From assembly GCA_030670085.1 (NCBI GenBank), contig DAOVCJ010000004.1, positions 1 to 47,811 of the forward strand: 47,811 nt of DNA. Reading direction: 5' to 3'. The translations under genes and the position numbers were made by a program. This document shows, in pieces, positions 28,374-37,986 of this stretch. A model generated the notes under the pieces. The model searched no databases. It worked only from the letters and a program-made list of their open reading frames with translations, and was not told where the DNA came from. How positions within the stretch are numbered: the stretch's first letter is position 1; each line of letters begins with the position of its first letter. The stretch is from Candidatus Aenigmatarchaeota archaeon (lineage in GTDB: Archaea > Aenigmatarchaeota > Aenigmatarchaeia > QMZP01).

Positions 28374-31298
28374 ATGTTCACAAAGGATTCCCTGAGAAAG
28401 GATTTCGCAAGGGACTGGAAGAAGCATTACCAGGTCAAACTCTTCAAGGAGATGAGTTTTCACAGAAAAACCTGTCACAAATGTGGGAAACATTTCTGGA
28501 CCTTGGATGAGAAGAGAAAAACATGTCCAGATCCACCATGCGAGAATTACGGATTCATAGGGAACCCCATAACAAAGCGAAAATGGGATTATATAGAGAC
28601 CTGGAAACAGTTTGAAAGGTTCTTCAAGAAGGAAGGTCACACCTCGATCCCTAGGTATCCTGTTATAGACAGATGGAGGCCTGACCTTTTCTTCACTATC
28701 GCTTCTATCCAGGATTTTCAGAGAATAGACCAGGGGAATATCGTGTTTGAATATCCAGCAGACCCACTGGTAGTTCCGCAGATGTGTATGAGATTTAACG
28801 ACATACCGAATGTTGGAATAACAGGACGTCATCATACATCCTTCATAATGCCTGGACAGCATTCTTTCGGGAAATATTGGAAGGACCGATGCATCGAACT
28901 GAATTTCAAATTTCTGAACAGGGTCATGGGGATACCGGAAAGGGAGATAACCTATGTTGAGGATGTATGGGCAATGCCAGACTTCTCTGCATTCGGTCCC
29001 TGTATAGAAACCTACTCCAGGGGTCTGGAACTCGTTAACTCTGTTTTCATGCAGTTCACCAAGGTTGAAAATAAATGGAAAGAGCTGCCGAAAAAAGTTG
29101 TGGATGTAGGCTGGGGACATGAGAGACTGGTTTGGTTTACGCAGGGGACCCCCACTGGGTACGATGCGGTTTTTGGTCCTGTTGTGAAGTGGGCAAAGAA
29201 AAAGGCAGGTCTGCACGATTCAGAACTCTTTGACAGATACTCAATCCTTTCTGGGGGGCTGGATTTTGATCAGGCCCACGATCTGAAAAAAATCAGGAAT
29301 AACATAGCGAGGAGACTTGGTGTGAAAGTTACGACTTTGAATGAGGTTGTGGAACCCATGCAGGTGCTCTATGCGATAGTGGATCATGTAAAAACCCTTC
29401 TCTTTGCCATAGCAGACGGTGGAATTCCTTCAAATGTCGGGGGTGGATACAACCTGAGGGTTTTGCTCAGGAGGGCCTTATCCTTCCTAAAGGAATTCGA
29501 ATTTGACATGGAACTTGAAAAGATTGCTGGACTGCATGCCAAACACCTACATCCAATGTTCCCTGAGATTACGAACGGAATCGACCCCTTCTCAAAAATC
29601 CTCTCCATAGAAAGGGAAAGATATGAGAAAACAATGGAGAAGGCAGGGCTGCTCATAAAGAGGGAACTGGAAAAGAGAAGAATAGATGAGAAAACCCTGA
29701 TAAAATTCTACATATCCCATGGGATTTCACCAGAGCTTGTTGAGAAGGTTGCAAGGGAAAAGAAGATCAAAGTTGACATGCCAGAGGATTTCTATGTTAA
29801 GATAACAGAGCAGCACATGGTAGGGGAGAAGGACGTTGAGAAGGAAAGGGTATGGGTTGATATTACAGGAATACCCAGAACAAAACTCCTTTACTACAGC
29901 AAGCCCTACAAGAAGAATTTCAAGGCAAAGGTCCTGAAAACAACCAAGTCAGGGAGCGATTTATGGGTAATCCTTGATAAAACGTTGTTCTACCCAGAGG
30001 GTGGGGGACAGCCAACCGATGTTGGGATACTGACAATAGGAGACAAGGAGTTCAAGGTCAAGGATGTCCAGAAGATAGGGAACGTTGTTGTGCACAATAT
30101 CGGGAAAGCAGGGGGATTGAAAAAGAACCAGTCTGTGAAGGGAAGGATAGACTGGGAGAGGAGACACCAGCTGATGAGGATGCACACAAGTACCCACATA
30201 GTTGCCGGAGCCGCTAGGAAGGTTGTTGGTTCGCACATATGGCAGGCCGGCGCACAAAAGGGGATGGATTCCTCAAGGATTGATCTGACCCACTACAAGG
30301 GTTTCACTGACGAGGAGATAGAGAAGATAGAGAAGATTGCGAATGATGCTGTTAGTAGAAATTTTGTTGTTGATAAGGAATTCCTACCAAGGAATATTGC
30401 GGAGAAGAAATATGGTTTTGTTCTCTACCAGGGAGGAGCCTCACCAGGGAAGATGGTAAGGGTGATAAACATAGGACATGGCTTTGATGCAGAAGCGTGC
30501 GGTGGGATGCATCTGGATAAGACAGGAGAAGCGGAAATGATAAAGATCATAAGAACAGAGAGAATCAAGGACGGTGTTAACAGAATAGAATTCACTTCAG
30601 GCAAAAGGGCGCATGAATTCGTCCAGGAGCAAGAGAGGATAGCCAGGGAGACTCTCAAAGTCTTGGAAGATCTTGGTCTTCAAGAAAGAATAACCGATAT
30701 TATGAGTAAGGATATGGATGTTCACAAAGAGCTTGAGAAGGCATCAAGGATTTTTTCAATAGAAACAAAGCAGCTGCCAAAAACCATTGAGAGGTTTTTC
30801 AGAGAGATCAAGGAAGACCATTCGCAAACAGAGGGAATGAAGAAGCAGCTCGAGATCCCAGGAGAGGAGATGGAATTGAAGGAAATCCTTGAAGAAAAGC
30901 TGAGACCAGTGGAGACGTTTGAGGATCTCTCAAAAATAATATTCGAATTCTGGAAGGACCAAAGGAAGGAGATTGAAAACCTCAGGAATGAGGTTGCGAG
31001 GGGTAAAGCGAAAGAGCTGCTTTTCAAGGCAAAGAAGGATAAGGTTTTCGAGGTTGTGAGCGGGGACAGAAAAGAGCTCATAGAGATCGCAAATGAGCTC
31101 CTTACCACGAACCCGGAGCTAACAGTTATACTTTCAAACGAAGCCGGAGATATAATAGGCATGAGCAGGACAAGGGATATGGGTAAGCTAATAGGGGAGA
31201 TATGTGAGAAATCAGGAGGGTCAGGCGGAGGAAACAAAGAGCTCGCGCAGGGCAGGGTTGAGCTCTCAAAACTGCTTAAAATAATGGGAAGCGTTTAG
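28374..31298 (+). CDS. alaS: Alanine--tRNA ligase (archaeal type)
   Basis: CHKCG.HFWT, RWRPDL.FTIASI.DFQ, VGITGRH, editing HTSTH/CGGMH motifs and C-terminal GGSGGG..AQG. Confidence 0.96.
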   Translation: MFTKDSLRKDFARDWKKHYQVKLFKEMSFHRKTCHKCGKHFWTLDEKRKTCPDPPCENYGFIGNPITKRKWDYIETWKQFERFFKKEGHTSIPRYPVIDRWRPDLFFTIASIQDFQRIDQGNIVFEYPADPLVVPQMCMRFNDIPNVGITGRHHTSFIMPGQHSFGKYWKDRCIELNFKFLNRVMGIPEREITYVEDVWAMPDFSAFGPCIETYSRGLELVNSVFMQFTKVENKWKELPKKVVDVGWGHERLVWFTQGTPTGYDAVFGPVVKWAKKKAGLHDSELFDRYSILSGGLDFDQAHDLKKIRNNIARRLGVKVTTLNEVVEPMQVLYAIVDHVKTLLFAIADGGIPSNVGGGYNLRVLLRRALSFLKEFEFDMELEKIAGLHAKHLHPMFPEITNGIDPFSKILSIERERYEKTMEKAGLLIKRELEKRRIDEKTLIKFYISHGISPELVEKVAREKKIKVDMPEDFYVKITEQHMVGEKDVEKERVWVDITGIPRTKLLYYSKPYKKNFKAKVLKTTKSGSDLWVILDKTLFYPEGGGQPTDVGILTIGDKEFKVKDVQKIGNVVVHNIGKAGGLKKNQSVKGRIDWERRHQLMRMHTSTHIVAGAARKVVGSHIWQAGAQKGMDSSRIDLTHYKGFTDEEIEKIEKIANDAVSRNFVVDKEFLPRNIAEKKYGFVLYQGGASPGKMVRVINIGHGFDAEACGGMHLDKTGEAEMIKIIRTERIKDGVNRIEFTSGKRAHEFVQEQERIARETLKVLEDLGLQERITDIMSKDMDVHKELEKASRIFSIETKQLPKTIERFFREIKEDHSQTEGMKKQLEIPGEEMELKEILEEKLRPVETFEDLSKIIFEFWKDQRKEIENLRNEVARGKAKELLFKAKKDKVFEVVSGDRKELIEIANELLTTNPELTVILSNEAGDIIGMSRTRDMGKLIGEICEKSGGSGGGNKELAQGRVELSKLLKIMGSV

Positions 31299-31738
31299 AT
31301 AAGGCACTCTATTGGCTGTGCCATTGCTATACCACAAAAAACCTCAAGGAGGTTTTTCTCAATTATGGTTTTGTTCTCAAGGTTCACAATCGCTCCACCG
31401 GCCCCAATCATCTTTAGCATGCTCTGGTTGGTTTGGTTTACAACAACCTCCTCCAGAACTACAAAGTCCTTGAACCTGTTCGCAAAGGATTCCAGTACCA
31501 TATTTTTCTCAAGACAATCTTCACAATCAATCGTATAGAAGTCCTCTATCAAAACCCTCCCGCTTCTCAGGATGAAAAGGGTTTCATCTGTTGTTAGCTG
31601 TCTCTTTACTATGTTCGGAATCTGAGGCGCCTCAGGACCGGTTGGTATGGTGGTGTTAATCAATGCGAATCCCGCAACAGAGACTATCATTATCAAACCA
31701 ATAAATATTGCCATGAACCTCTCTGTTCTCGTAGCCAT
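31295..31738 (-). CDS. Membrane-anchored hypothetical protein with thioredoxin-like CxxC
   Basis: N-terminal TM helix; FYTIDCEDC followed by a helix; two more Cys near the C-terminus. Confidence 0.6.
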   Translation of the reverse strand: MATRTERFMAIFIGLIMIVSVAGFALINTTIPTGPEAPQIPNIVKRQLTTDETLFILRSGRVLIEDFYTIDCEDCLEKNMVLESFANRFKDFVVLEEVVVNQTNQSMLKMIGAGGAIVNLENKTIIEKNLLEVFCGIAMAQPIECLI

Positions 31739-31742
31739 ATGC

Positions 31743-32267
31743 TCATCCCCACCTCTCCATGTGCAAAACTTCTTTTATGTCTCTTCTCTTTGGTTTTTTT
31801 GAAACCTCTGCCGGGTAACCCAATGTTATTATTGCCAAAGGTCTTATATTGGTTGGTAGGACAAGGATATCCCTGAGCGTGCTCTCATTAAAGGCCCCAA
31901 CCCAGCAGGAACCAACCTCCTTCTCCCACGCAGCCAGGAGAAGATTCTGGATGGCAGCTGATGTGTTTTGAATGGAGTAAAGGGTTTCTCCCCTTGTCCC
32001 GTAAGCAGCAGAGATTCTGTCAAGGTCAGAGCACACAACCAAAACCACAGGCGCCCTGGCAATGAAGTCCTGTTCCCACGCAGCTGCAGCAATCTTTGTT
32101 TTTGTTTCCAGGTTTCTGATAATGATAAACTCCCAGTCCTGAACATTCCCTGAAGAAGGTGCATGGGTTGCGGCCTCGATAATCTCTTTAACAATCTCCT
32201 CTGGTATGGGATCCGGTTTGTAATCCCTAACACTTCTCCTTTCCCTTATGCATTCCATGGTCTGCAT
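31743..32267 (-). CDS. Nitroreductase family protein
   Basis: RRSVRDY, APSSGNVQDWEF, AIQNLLLAA...GSCW and LGYP. Real start is MQTMECI; the ORF-track extension overlaps the next gene. Confidence 0.92.
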   Translation of the reverse strand: MQTMECIRERRSVRDYKPDPIPEEIVKEIIEAATHAPSSGNVQDWEFIIIRNLETKTKIAAAAWEQDFIARAPVVLVVCSDLDRISAAYGTRGETLYSIQNTSAAIQNLLLAAWEKEVGSCWVGAFNESTLRDILVLPTNIRPLAIITLGYPAEVSKKPKRRDIKEVLHMERWG

Positions 32268-32303
32268 GGTTTTAAATTTAATCCAGATTAATAAATACTT
32301 TGT

Positions 32304-32924
32304 ATGAAAAAATGGGAGAGGTTTGAAGGTTTTCTGACAAGGGGGGACTGGCATGTCCACACGAATTATGTTGAGGGTGAGAACTCGGTTCTTGAGATGT
32401 GCGAACAGGCAGAGAAAAACGGTCTGCAGCTGATAGCCTTTACAGAGCATGTCAGGAAGGAACTGGACTATGATTTTAACACCCTTGTGAGAGATATAGA
32501 GGGGGCCAGAAAGAAATTCCCGAAACTGAAAATCCTCACAGGGTGTGAGGCAAAGATTTTGGTTGGCGGGGGGATTGATGTTTCGGACGATGTTCTTGAG
32601 CTCTGTGACATTGTTATTGCAAGTTTCCACGGTTTCTATCATGGCAAAGAAGAACATGTGCAGGCTCTGGAAAAAACGCTGAAAAACCCCGAAGTGGATA
32701 TATGGGGGCACCCAGCAACCATGTTCAGAAACTGCGAGCTGGAAAGAAAGGAGATGGAGGATATAATTAAACTCTGCATGAAAAACAGTGTTCTGATAGA
32801 AAAAAACCTACGCCCAAAATATGAACCCCCACCGGGTTTTCTGGAACTGGTGGAGAAAACTGGTGCAAAAACAGTGATAAGTTCTGATGCTCACTCTGTA
32901 TGGGAACTGAGGAAGATAATATAA
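32304..32924 (+). CDS. PHP-family phosphatase (YcdX/HisPPase-like)
   Basis: DWHVHT, FTEH, GCEA, ASFH, WGHP and SSDAH motifs. Confidence 0.88.
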   Translation: MKKWERFEGFLTRGDWHVHTNYVEGENSVLEMCEQAEKNGLQLIAFTEHVRKELDYDFNTLVRDIEGARKKFPKLKILTGCEAKILVGGGIDVSDDVLELCDIVIASFHGFYHGKEEHVQALEKTLKNPEVDIWGHPATMFRNCELERKEMEDIIKLCMKNSVLIEKNLRPKYEPPPGFLELVEKTGAKTVISSDAHSVWELRKII

Positions 32925-32948
32925 TATATTACCACTATTCTATAGTAA

Positions 32949-32965
32949 ATAAACATTTAAATACT
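32949..32965 (+). promoter_or_regulatory. BRE/TATA promoter upstream of the structured leader and aglH-like operon
   Basis: ATAAACATTTAAATACT, identical to the putative rpl1 promoter. Confidence 0.6.
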
Positions 32966-33005
32966 GTATTTAACTAGAATTTATAACTAAATTTAATGGT
33001 ACCAA

Positions 33006-33099
33006 CACGAGACCCGACTTGGTCAGACTGAATTAAGTCGGGAGGTGAAAAAGCGAGACCCGCATTGGGTAGATTGAACAAATGCGGGAGGCGAAAACT
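33006..33099 (+). ncRNA. Candidate cis-regulatory structured RNA: tandem 46-nt hairpin repeats with compensatory substitutions
   Basis: Unit 1 cgagaCCCGACTTggtcagactgaattAAGTCGGGaggtgaaaaag; unit 2 cgagaCCCGCATTgggtagattgaacaAATGCGGGaggcgaaaact, followed directly by ATG 33100. Confidence 0.6.
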
Positions 33100-34110
33100 A
33101 TGCCTGTATACGAACTCTTAATATCAGGAATTGTGGCACTTTTGGTTACGCTTATCCTTACCCCAAGATGGATATCCCATGCTAGGAAGAGAAAACTCAT
33201 GGGAAAGGATATGAACAAAAGGGACAAACCAAAGGTAGCGGAATCAGGGGGCGTAACGGTTTTCCTGGGATTTATCGTAGGCCTCCTTGTCCTGTTTGGT
33301 TTTTACTATTTTCAACAGAGGTTTGACAGACTGGTTTATATCGCGCTTGCAATAACATCCCTGTCCATTGTTACTGGCATTGCCTTTTGGGATGATATAA
33401 CAGGATGGAAGAAGGGAATCGCGAGATGGAAAAAACCAATTCTCACTTTTATAGGAGCTGCTCCATTAATACCATTCCTGTTGAACAGGACAACCATAAG
33501 CATACTTGGTTATGTAATAGAACTGCCCTTGTTTTTCTATCCACTAATCATGGTTCCCATAGGATTTATAGCAGCAACCAACGCCGTAAACCTTTTGGGA
33601 GGATTCAATGGTCTTGAAACCGGCCTGGGGATAATCTGTAGCCTTACTCTGCTCTGGTTTACATACGGGACAGCGTTGTTCCCTATCGTTCTTATAGCGG
33701 TTGCCGCAATGCTGGCTTTCCTCTACTTCAACCGATACCCATCCAGGGTTTTCCCAGGTGATACGTTGACCTATTTCCTCGGGTGTCTCTTCGCGTTTGT
33801 TGCTGTTCTGGGATACTTCCAGACCATCCTAATCCTCATTATGCTTCCTTACATACTCGAAGGCATAATAAAGGCAAGGGAGATCCCATACATAATCAGA
33901 CACAAGAAAACCTTCAGGCCAGAATGCTTCGGAAGGGTTAGAAAGGATGGGAGTCTAGACCCCCCATATAAGGAGATATGGTCTTTAACCCACATTGCCA
34001 TAAAAATAATAAAGAGAATTAAAGGTCGTTGCTATGAAAACGATGTGACCCTTTTGATAATAGGCTTGCAGGCACTATGGTGCCTGCTCCTGATTCAAAT
34101 GCTCGGCTAG
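33100..34110 (+). CDS. MraY/GPT-family polyprenyl-phosphate N-acetylhexosamine-1-phosphate transferase (AglH-like)
   Basis: GKDMNK..KP.VAESGG, FWDD, TNAVNLLGGFNGLE, FNRYPSRVFPGD and multiple TM helices. An in-frame alternative ATG lies at 33082. Confidence 0.9.
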   Translation: MPVYELLISGIVALLVTLILTPRWISHARKRKLMGKDMNKRDKPKVAESGGVTVFLGFIVGLLVLFGFYYFQQRFDRLVYIALAITSLSIVTGIAFWDDITGWKKGIARWKKPILTFIGAAPLIPFLLNRTTISILGYVIELPLFFYPLIMVPIGFIAATNAVNLLGGFNGLETGLGIICSLTLLWFTYGTALFPIVLIAVAAMLAFLYFNRYPSRVFPGDTLTYFLGCLFAFVAVLGYFQTILILIMLPYILEGIIKAREIPYIIRHKKTFRPECFGRVRKDGSLDPPYKEIWSLTHIAIKIIKRIKGRCYENDVTLLIIGLQALWCLLLIQMLG

Positions 34111-34113
34111 GTG

Positions 34114-35052
34114 ATGGATATTAGGGTACTGGTAACCGGTGTTGGTGGTCCTGCAGGAACGAATGTTGTTAACCATAGCCCAAGCGATATTGAGATTGTG
34201 ACCTGCGATGCTGAATCAGGTGCAAAGAAAAAACTCGATGCCATTGGTAAGTCTGGTTTGAAGTTTTACCAGGTTCCCTATGCAAGGGATGAGAAAAGGT
34301 TTATGGAGGCGATAAATGATATCCTTTCGAAGGAGCGGATAGATTTGATAATCCCAACTGTGGATGAGGAGCTTCTGGTCTTTTCAAGAAACAGGGAAAG
34401 ATTCGATGTGGATGTTGTTGTCTCCCCATTCGAAACCGTCAATGTTTGTAATGACAAATACCTTTTTTACGAAAGGTTCAGGGAGTATGGATTCTCGCCA
34501 AGATACGTTGTGACGGATAGCAGAGAAGACCTGAAGATTTTCAGTAAGGGAAAAATATTCATGAAACCGAGGATTGGAAGAGGGAGCAGGGGAACAAGGA
34601 CCTTCAAAAGCGTAGATGATATACCTGGTGACGTCATAAACAAGAACAATGTTTTTTGCGAACACCTGCCTGGATACGAATACACATCGGATGTTTTGTG
34701 CGACCTTGACGGGAAGCCACTGGTTATAATGCCCAGGAAGAGACTGGAAGTCTACAAGGGCGTATGTGTCAGGGGAAAAATGGAAAAGAATGAAAAAATA
34801 ATCAAAAACATAGAAAAAATGTGCGAGGTTTTAAAGTTTATTGGCCCTATTAATATACAGTTTAAGATTGATTCCAACGGAAATCCCAAGCTCGTTGAGG
34901 CAAACCCAAGGTTTTCCGGTGGTCTGCCCATAAGCATAGGGGCAGGAGTGAACACTTTGAACCTACTCTATGACCTGTTGAGAGGCAAGAAAATAGACAA
35001 GGAAAAGCTTGTCTGGCAGGAGATAGAGTGTTCGCAAAAAATAGAAAGGTGA
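34114..35052 (+). CDS. ATP-grasp domain ligase (carbamoyl-phosphate-synthase-like)
   Basis: VLVTGVGG, IIPTVDEE, NDKY, KPRIGRGSRG, EYTSD and EANPRFSGG. Confidence 0.88.
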   Translation: MDIRVLVTGVGGPAGTNVVNHSPSDIEIVTCDAESGAKKKLDAIGKSGLKFYQVPYARDEKRFMEAINDILSKERIDLIIPTVDEELLVFSRNRERFDVDVVVSPFETVNVCNDKYLFYERFREYGFSPRYVVTDSREDLKIFSKGKIFMKPRIGRGSRGTRTFKSVDDIPGDVINKNNVFCEHLPGYEYTSDVLCDLDGKPLVIMPRKRLEVYKGVCVRGKMEKNEKIIKNIEKMCEVLKFIGPINIQFKIDSNGNPKLVEANPRFSGGLPISIGAGVNTLNLLYDLLRGKKIDKEKLVWQEIECSQKIER

Positions 35053-35057
35053 GATAA

Positions 35058-35666
35058 ATGAATGTGATTGCAATTGGCGCGCACCCAGACGACATAGAAT
35101 ACGGGTGTTACGGAACCATGATGAAGCATAGGAGAGAAGGGGACAAAGTAGTTTTTATAGTCATATCTCATGGGGAAAAGAGCGGCAGCAAGGGTGTCAG
35201 GAAAAAGGAGGCAATAGAGTCTGCAAAACGTGTTGGAGCCAAACTCTATCTGTTTAACTACCCTGATACCAATATTCCACAGACCCACGATGTTATAGAG
35301 AAACTTGAGAAAATCATAGAGGAGTTCAAGCCCCAGAGGATTTATACCCACTCCACAAAAGATACTCACCAGGATCACAGGGCTGTTGCATATGCAACCC
35401 TGGCAGCGGCAAGGTTCGTTCCTGAGATATTCTGCTACGAATCACCAAGCCTTTACCTGAACTTCCAGCCAAACTACTACGTGGACATAAGCAAATTCAT
35501 AGAAACCAAGCTAGAAGCGCTTAATACCTTTGCGACCCAAAATTCGAAAGACTACATGAAGATAGACGCTATAAAGGGTTTGGCGCAGTTCAGGGGTCTC
35601 GCGACTTCTGTGAAGTATGCAGAGGCATTCGAAGCGATAAAAATCCTGAAGATTTCTGGCACCTGA
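35058..35666 (+). CDS. PIG-L/LmbE-family N-acetylglucosaminyl deacetylase
   Basis: AHPDDIE, R..EA, HQDH and AEAF motifs. Confidence 0.92.
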   Translation: MNVIAIGAHPDDIEYGCYGTMMKHRREGDKVVFIVISHGEKSGSKGVRKKEAIESAKRVGAKLYLFNYPDTNIPQTHDVIEKLEKIIEEFKPQRIYTHSTKDTHQDHRAVAYATLAAARFVPEIFCYESPSLYLNFQPNYYVDISKFIETKLEALNTFATQNSKDYMKIDAIKGLAQFRGLATSVKYAEAFEAIKILKISGT

Positions 35667-35759
35667 TTCTGAAAGAATTGATTTATTGTCGAATCTAGCC
35701 TTTAAGGTTTAAAAACCTATACCTGTCCTAATTAAAAAATAGCTTAGAGAGGATAGTTC

Positions 35760-36797
35760 ATGAACATAGGTATAGTTGGATATGGCTGTTACATTCCCAG
35801 GCTCAGAATCTCTGTGGATGAGATCGCAAGGGTGTGGGGAACCGATGCAGAAAGCTTTAAGAGGGGACTGATGGTTGAGGAGAAGGCTGTCCCTGAGATG
35901 GATGAAGACACAATAACAATCTCGGTTGAGGCAGGGAGAAACGCCATTCTGAGGGCAGGGATAGACCCAAAGAAGATAGGCGCGATATATATCGGTTCTG
36001 AGTCGCACCCCTATGCAGTAAAGCCCAGCGGTACGGTTGTTGCGGAAGTGTTGAGGCTTGGCGAGAATATAATGGTTGCTGACTTCGAGTTCGCTTGCAA
36101 GGCAGGGACAGCTGCTATGCAGTGCTGCTATGGACTGGTGAAAGCGAAAGAGATAGAATACGGCCTTGCCATAGGGGCAGACACTTCACAGGGAAGACCT
36201 GGAGATGCCCTGGAATACACAGCAGCAGCCGCTGCTGGCGCGTTTGTTATAGGAAAAGACCCCCTCGCCACCCTTGAGGGCATGTGTTCTTTCACAACGG
36301 ATACAAGTGATTTCTGGAGGAGGGAGGGTGAGGATTATCCTTCTCACGGAGCAAGGTTTACAGGAAAGCCTGCCTACTTCAAGCACGTGGTATCTGCATC
36401 CAAGCTGCTGATGGAAAAACTATCCTTAAAACCAAGCGATTTCAATCATGTTGTCTTTCATATGCCCAATGGAAAGTTTCCCTTGACGGCGTCAAAAATG
36501 CTTGGCTTCTCAAAAGAGCAGATTGAGCAGGGATTCGTTGTCAATAGGATAGGCAACCCATATTCAGGTTCAAGCCCAGTAGGATTATGCTCTATTTTGG
36601 ATGTGGCAAAGCCAGGTGACAGGATACTGATGACATCATATGGTTCCGGAGCCGGGTCGGATTCGTTCTCTTTCATAGTTACAGATAATATCCTAGAGAG
36701 AAGGGACAAGGCAAAGAAGACAGAGGACTACATAAAAAACAAGAAAAACATCGATTACGGGCTCTATGTAAAGCTCAGGAGGAAGCTCAAGGCTTAA
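35760..36797 (+). CDS. Hydroxymethylglutaryl-CoA synthase (archaeal)
   Basis: [34 protein letters not shown] and SYGSGAGSD. Confidence 0.95.
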   Translation: MNIGIVGYGCYIPRLRISVDEIARVWGTDAESFKRGLMVEEKAVPEMDEDTITISVEAGRNAILRAGIDPKKIGAIYIGSESHPYAVKPSGTVVAEVLRLGENIMVADFEFACKAGTAAMQCCYGLVKAKEIEYGLAIGADTSQGRPGDALEYTAAAAAGAFVIGKDPLATLEGMCSFTTDTSDFWRREGEDYPSHGARFTGKPAYFKHVVSASKLLMEKLSLKPSDFNHVVFHMPNGKFPLTASKMLGFSKEQIEQGFVVNRIGNPYSGSSPVGLCSILDVAKPGDRILMTSYGSGAGSDSFSFIVTDNILERRDKAKKTEDYIKNKKNIDYGLYVKLRRKLKA

Positions 36798-36813
36798 TGA
36801 TTTTGGTGATGTT

Positions 36814-37977
36814 ATGAGGGTGGCTGTTGTTGGTGCGGGGCAGACAAAATTTGATGAACACTGGGAGAAATCCCTCAGAGACCTCTCCACAGAGGCCGGA
36901 GCACTCGCTCTGAAGGATGCTCGAATAGACGGAAAGCACATACAATCCCTTTACATAGGAAATATGTCTGCTGGCAGGTTTATAGGACAGGAACATCTTG
37001 CTGCTCTTGCAGTTGACCAGGCTGGTTTGATTCCCATACCAGCAACCAGGTGTGAGGCAGCATGCGCATCAAGCGCATTGGCATTCAGAGAAGCATATTT
37101 TTCAATTCTGAGCGGACAGTATGACATTGTCATGGCAGCAGGGTCAGAGAAGATGACTGACCTGAAGGGAACCGATGCAATCGCTACTCTAATGGGTGCT
37201 GGGGACCAGGAATGGGAATCTGCAATAGGCCTGACATTCGTAAGCCTCTATGCCCTGATGGCAAGAAGGCATATGGAAAAATACGGAACAACAAGGGAGC
37301 AAATGGCAATGGTCAGCGTGAATAACCACAGGAACGGGGCACTGAATGAGCTTGCCCAATTTCCTAAGGAGATAACTATAGAACAGGTACTGAAATCACC
37401 CCTCATATCAGACCCCCTCAGGCTTCTGGACTGTTCACCAATAACCGATGGTGCGACTGCTGTCATTCTGGTTTCAGAAAGGGTCGCAAAGAGATTCGAA
37501 AACCCAATATGGATTCTTGGCTCTGGCCAGGCCTCGGATACCCTAGCTCTTCATCACAGGAAATCACTGACAGAACTTCTTTCCACAAAGGTTGCATCGA
37601 AGAAGGCCTATGAACAGGCTGGTTTGAAACCCAAGGACATTGACATAGCAGAGGTTCATGACTGCTTCTCAATAAACGAGATAATCGCAATAGAAGACCT
37701 TGGTTTCTGCGAAAAGGGCAAGGGAGGAAAGTTTGTGGAGGATGGAAAGATCGCGAGAGATGCTGAGAAACCCATAAACCCGACCGGTGGTTTGAAATCC
37801 ATAGGCCATCCTGTTGGAGCAACGGGAATAAGGCAGATATCTGATATTGTGAAGCAGCTTAGAGGAGACTATGGTAAACTGCAGGTAAATGGTGCAAAAA
37901 TCGGTTTGGCTTTGAACATAGGGGGTTCGGGCGCAACAGGTGTTGTGAATATATTCGGGAGAGATAAACCAAAATAG
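36814..37977 (+). CDS. Acetoacetyl-CoA thiolase (archaeal)
   Basis: EAACAS, DCSPITDGA, EVHDCF and GGLKSIGHPVGATG. Confidence 0.94.
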   Translation: MRVAVVGAGQTKFDEHWEKSLRDLSTEAGALALKDARIDGKHIQSLYIGNMSAGRFIGQEHLAALAVDQAGLIPIPATRCEAACASSALAFREAYFSILSGQYDIVMAAGSEKMTDLKGTDAIATLMGAGDQEWESAIGLTFVSLYALMARRHMEKYGTTREQMAMVSVNNHRNGALNELAQFPKEITIEQVLKSPLISDPLRLLDCSPITDGATAVILVSERVAKRFENPIWILGSGQASDTLALHHRKSLTELLSTKVASKKAYEQAGLKPKDIDIAEVHDCFSINEIIAIEDLGFCEKGKGGKFVEDGKIARDAEKPINPTGGLKSIGHPVGATGIRQISDIVKQLRGDYGKLQVNGAKIGLALNIGGSGATGVVNIFGRDKPK

Positions 37978-37986
37978 GAGATATTT

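Noticed and set aside
28335-29216. 293-aa minus-strand ORF
   Set aside because: It is antisense to alaS and has no recognisable motifs. The same applies to most other short antisense ORFs in the track.
32268-32711. Apparent 148-aa extension or fusion on the nitroreductase
   Set aside because: It is an antisense shadow of the PHP gene; nitroreductase motifs begin at 32267.
33008-33099. Tandem repeat as a mini-CRISPR, SECIS element, K-turn or L1-binding site
   Set aside because: There are no unique spacers or cas genes. The TGA codons are not in frame with the downstream gene. The tandem G-A geometry of a K-turn does not fit, and GGAG and GYGAAA are adjacent rather than separated by a helix as in L1 sites.
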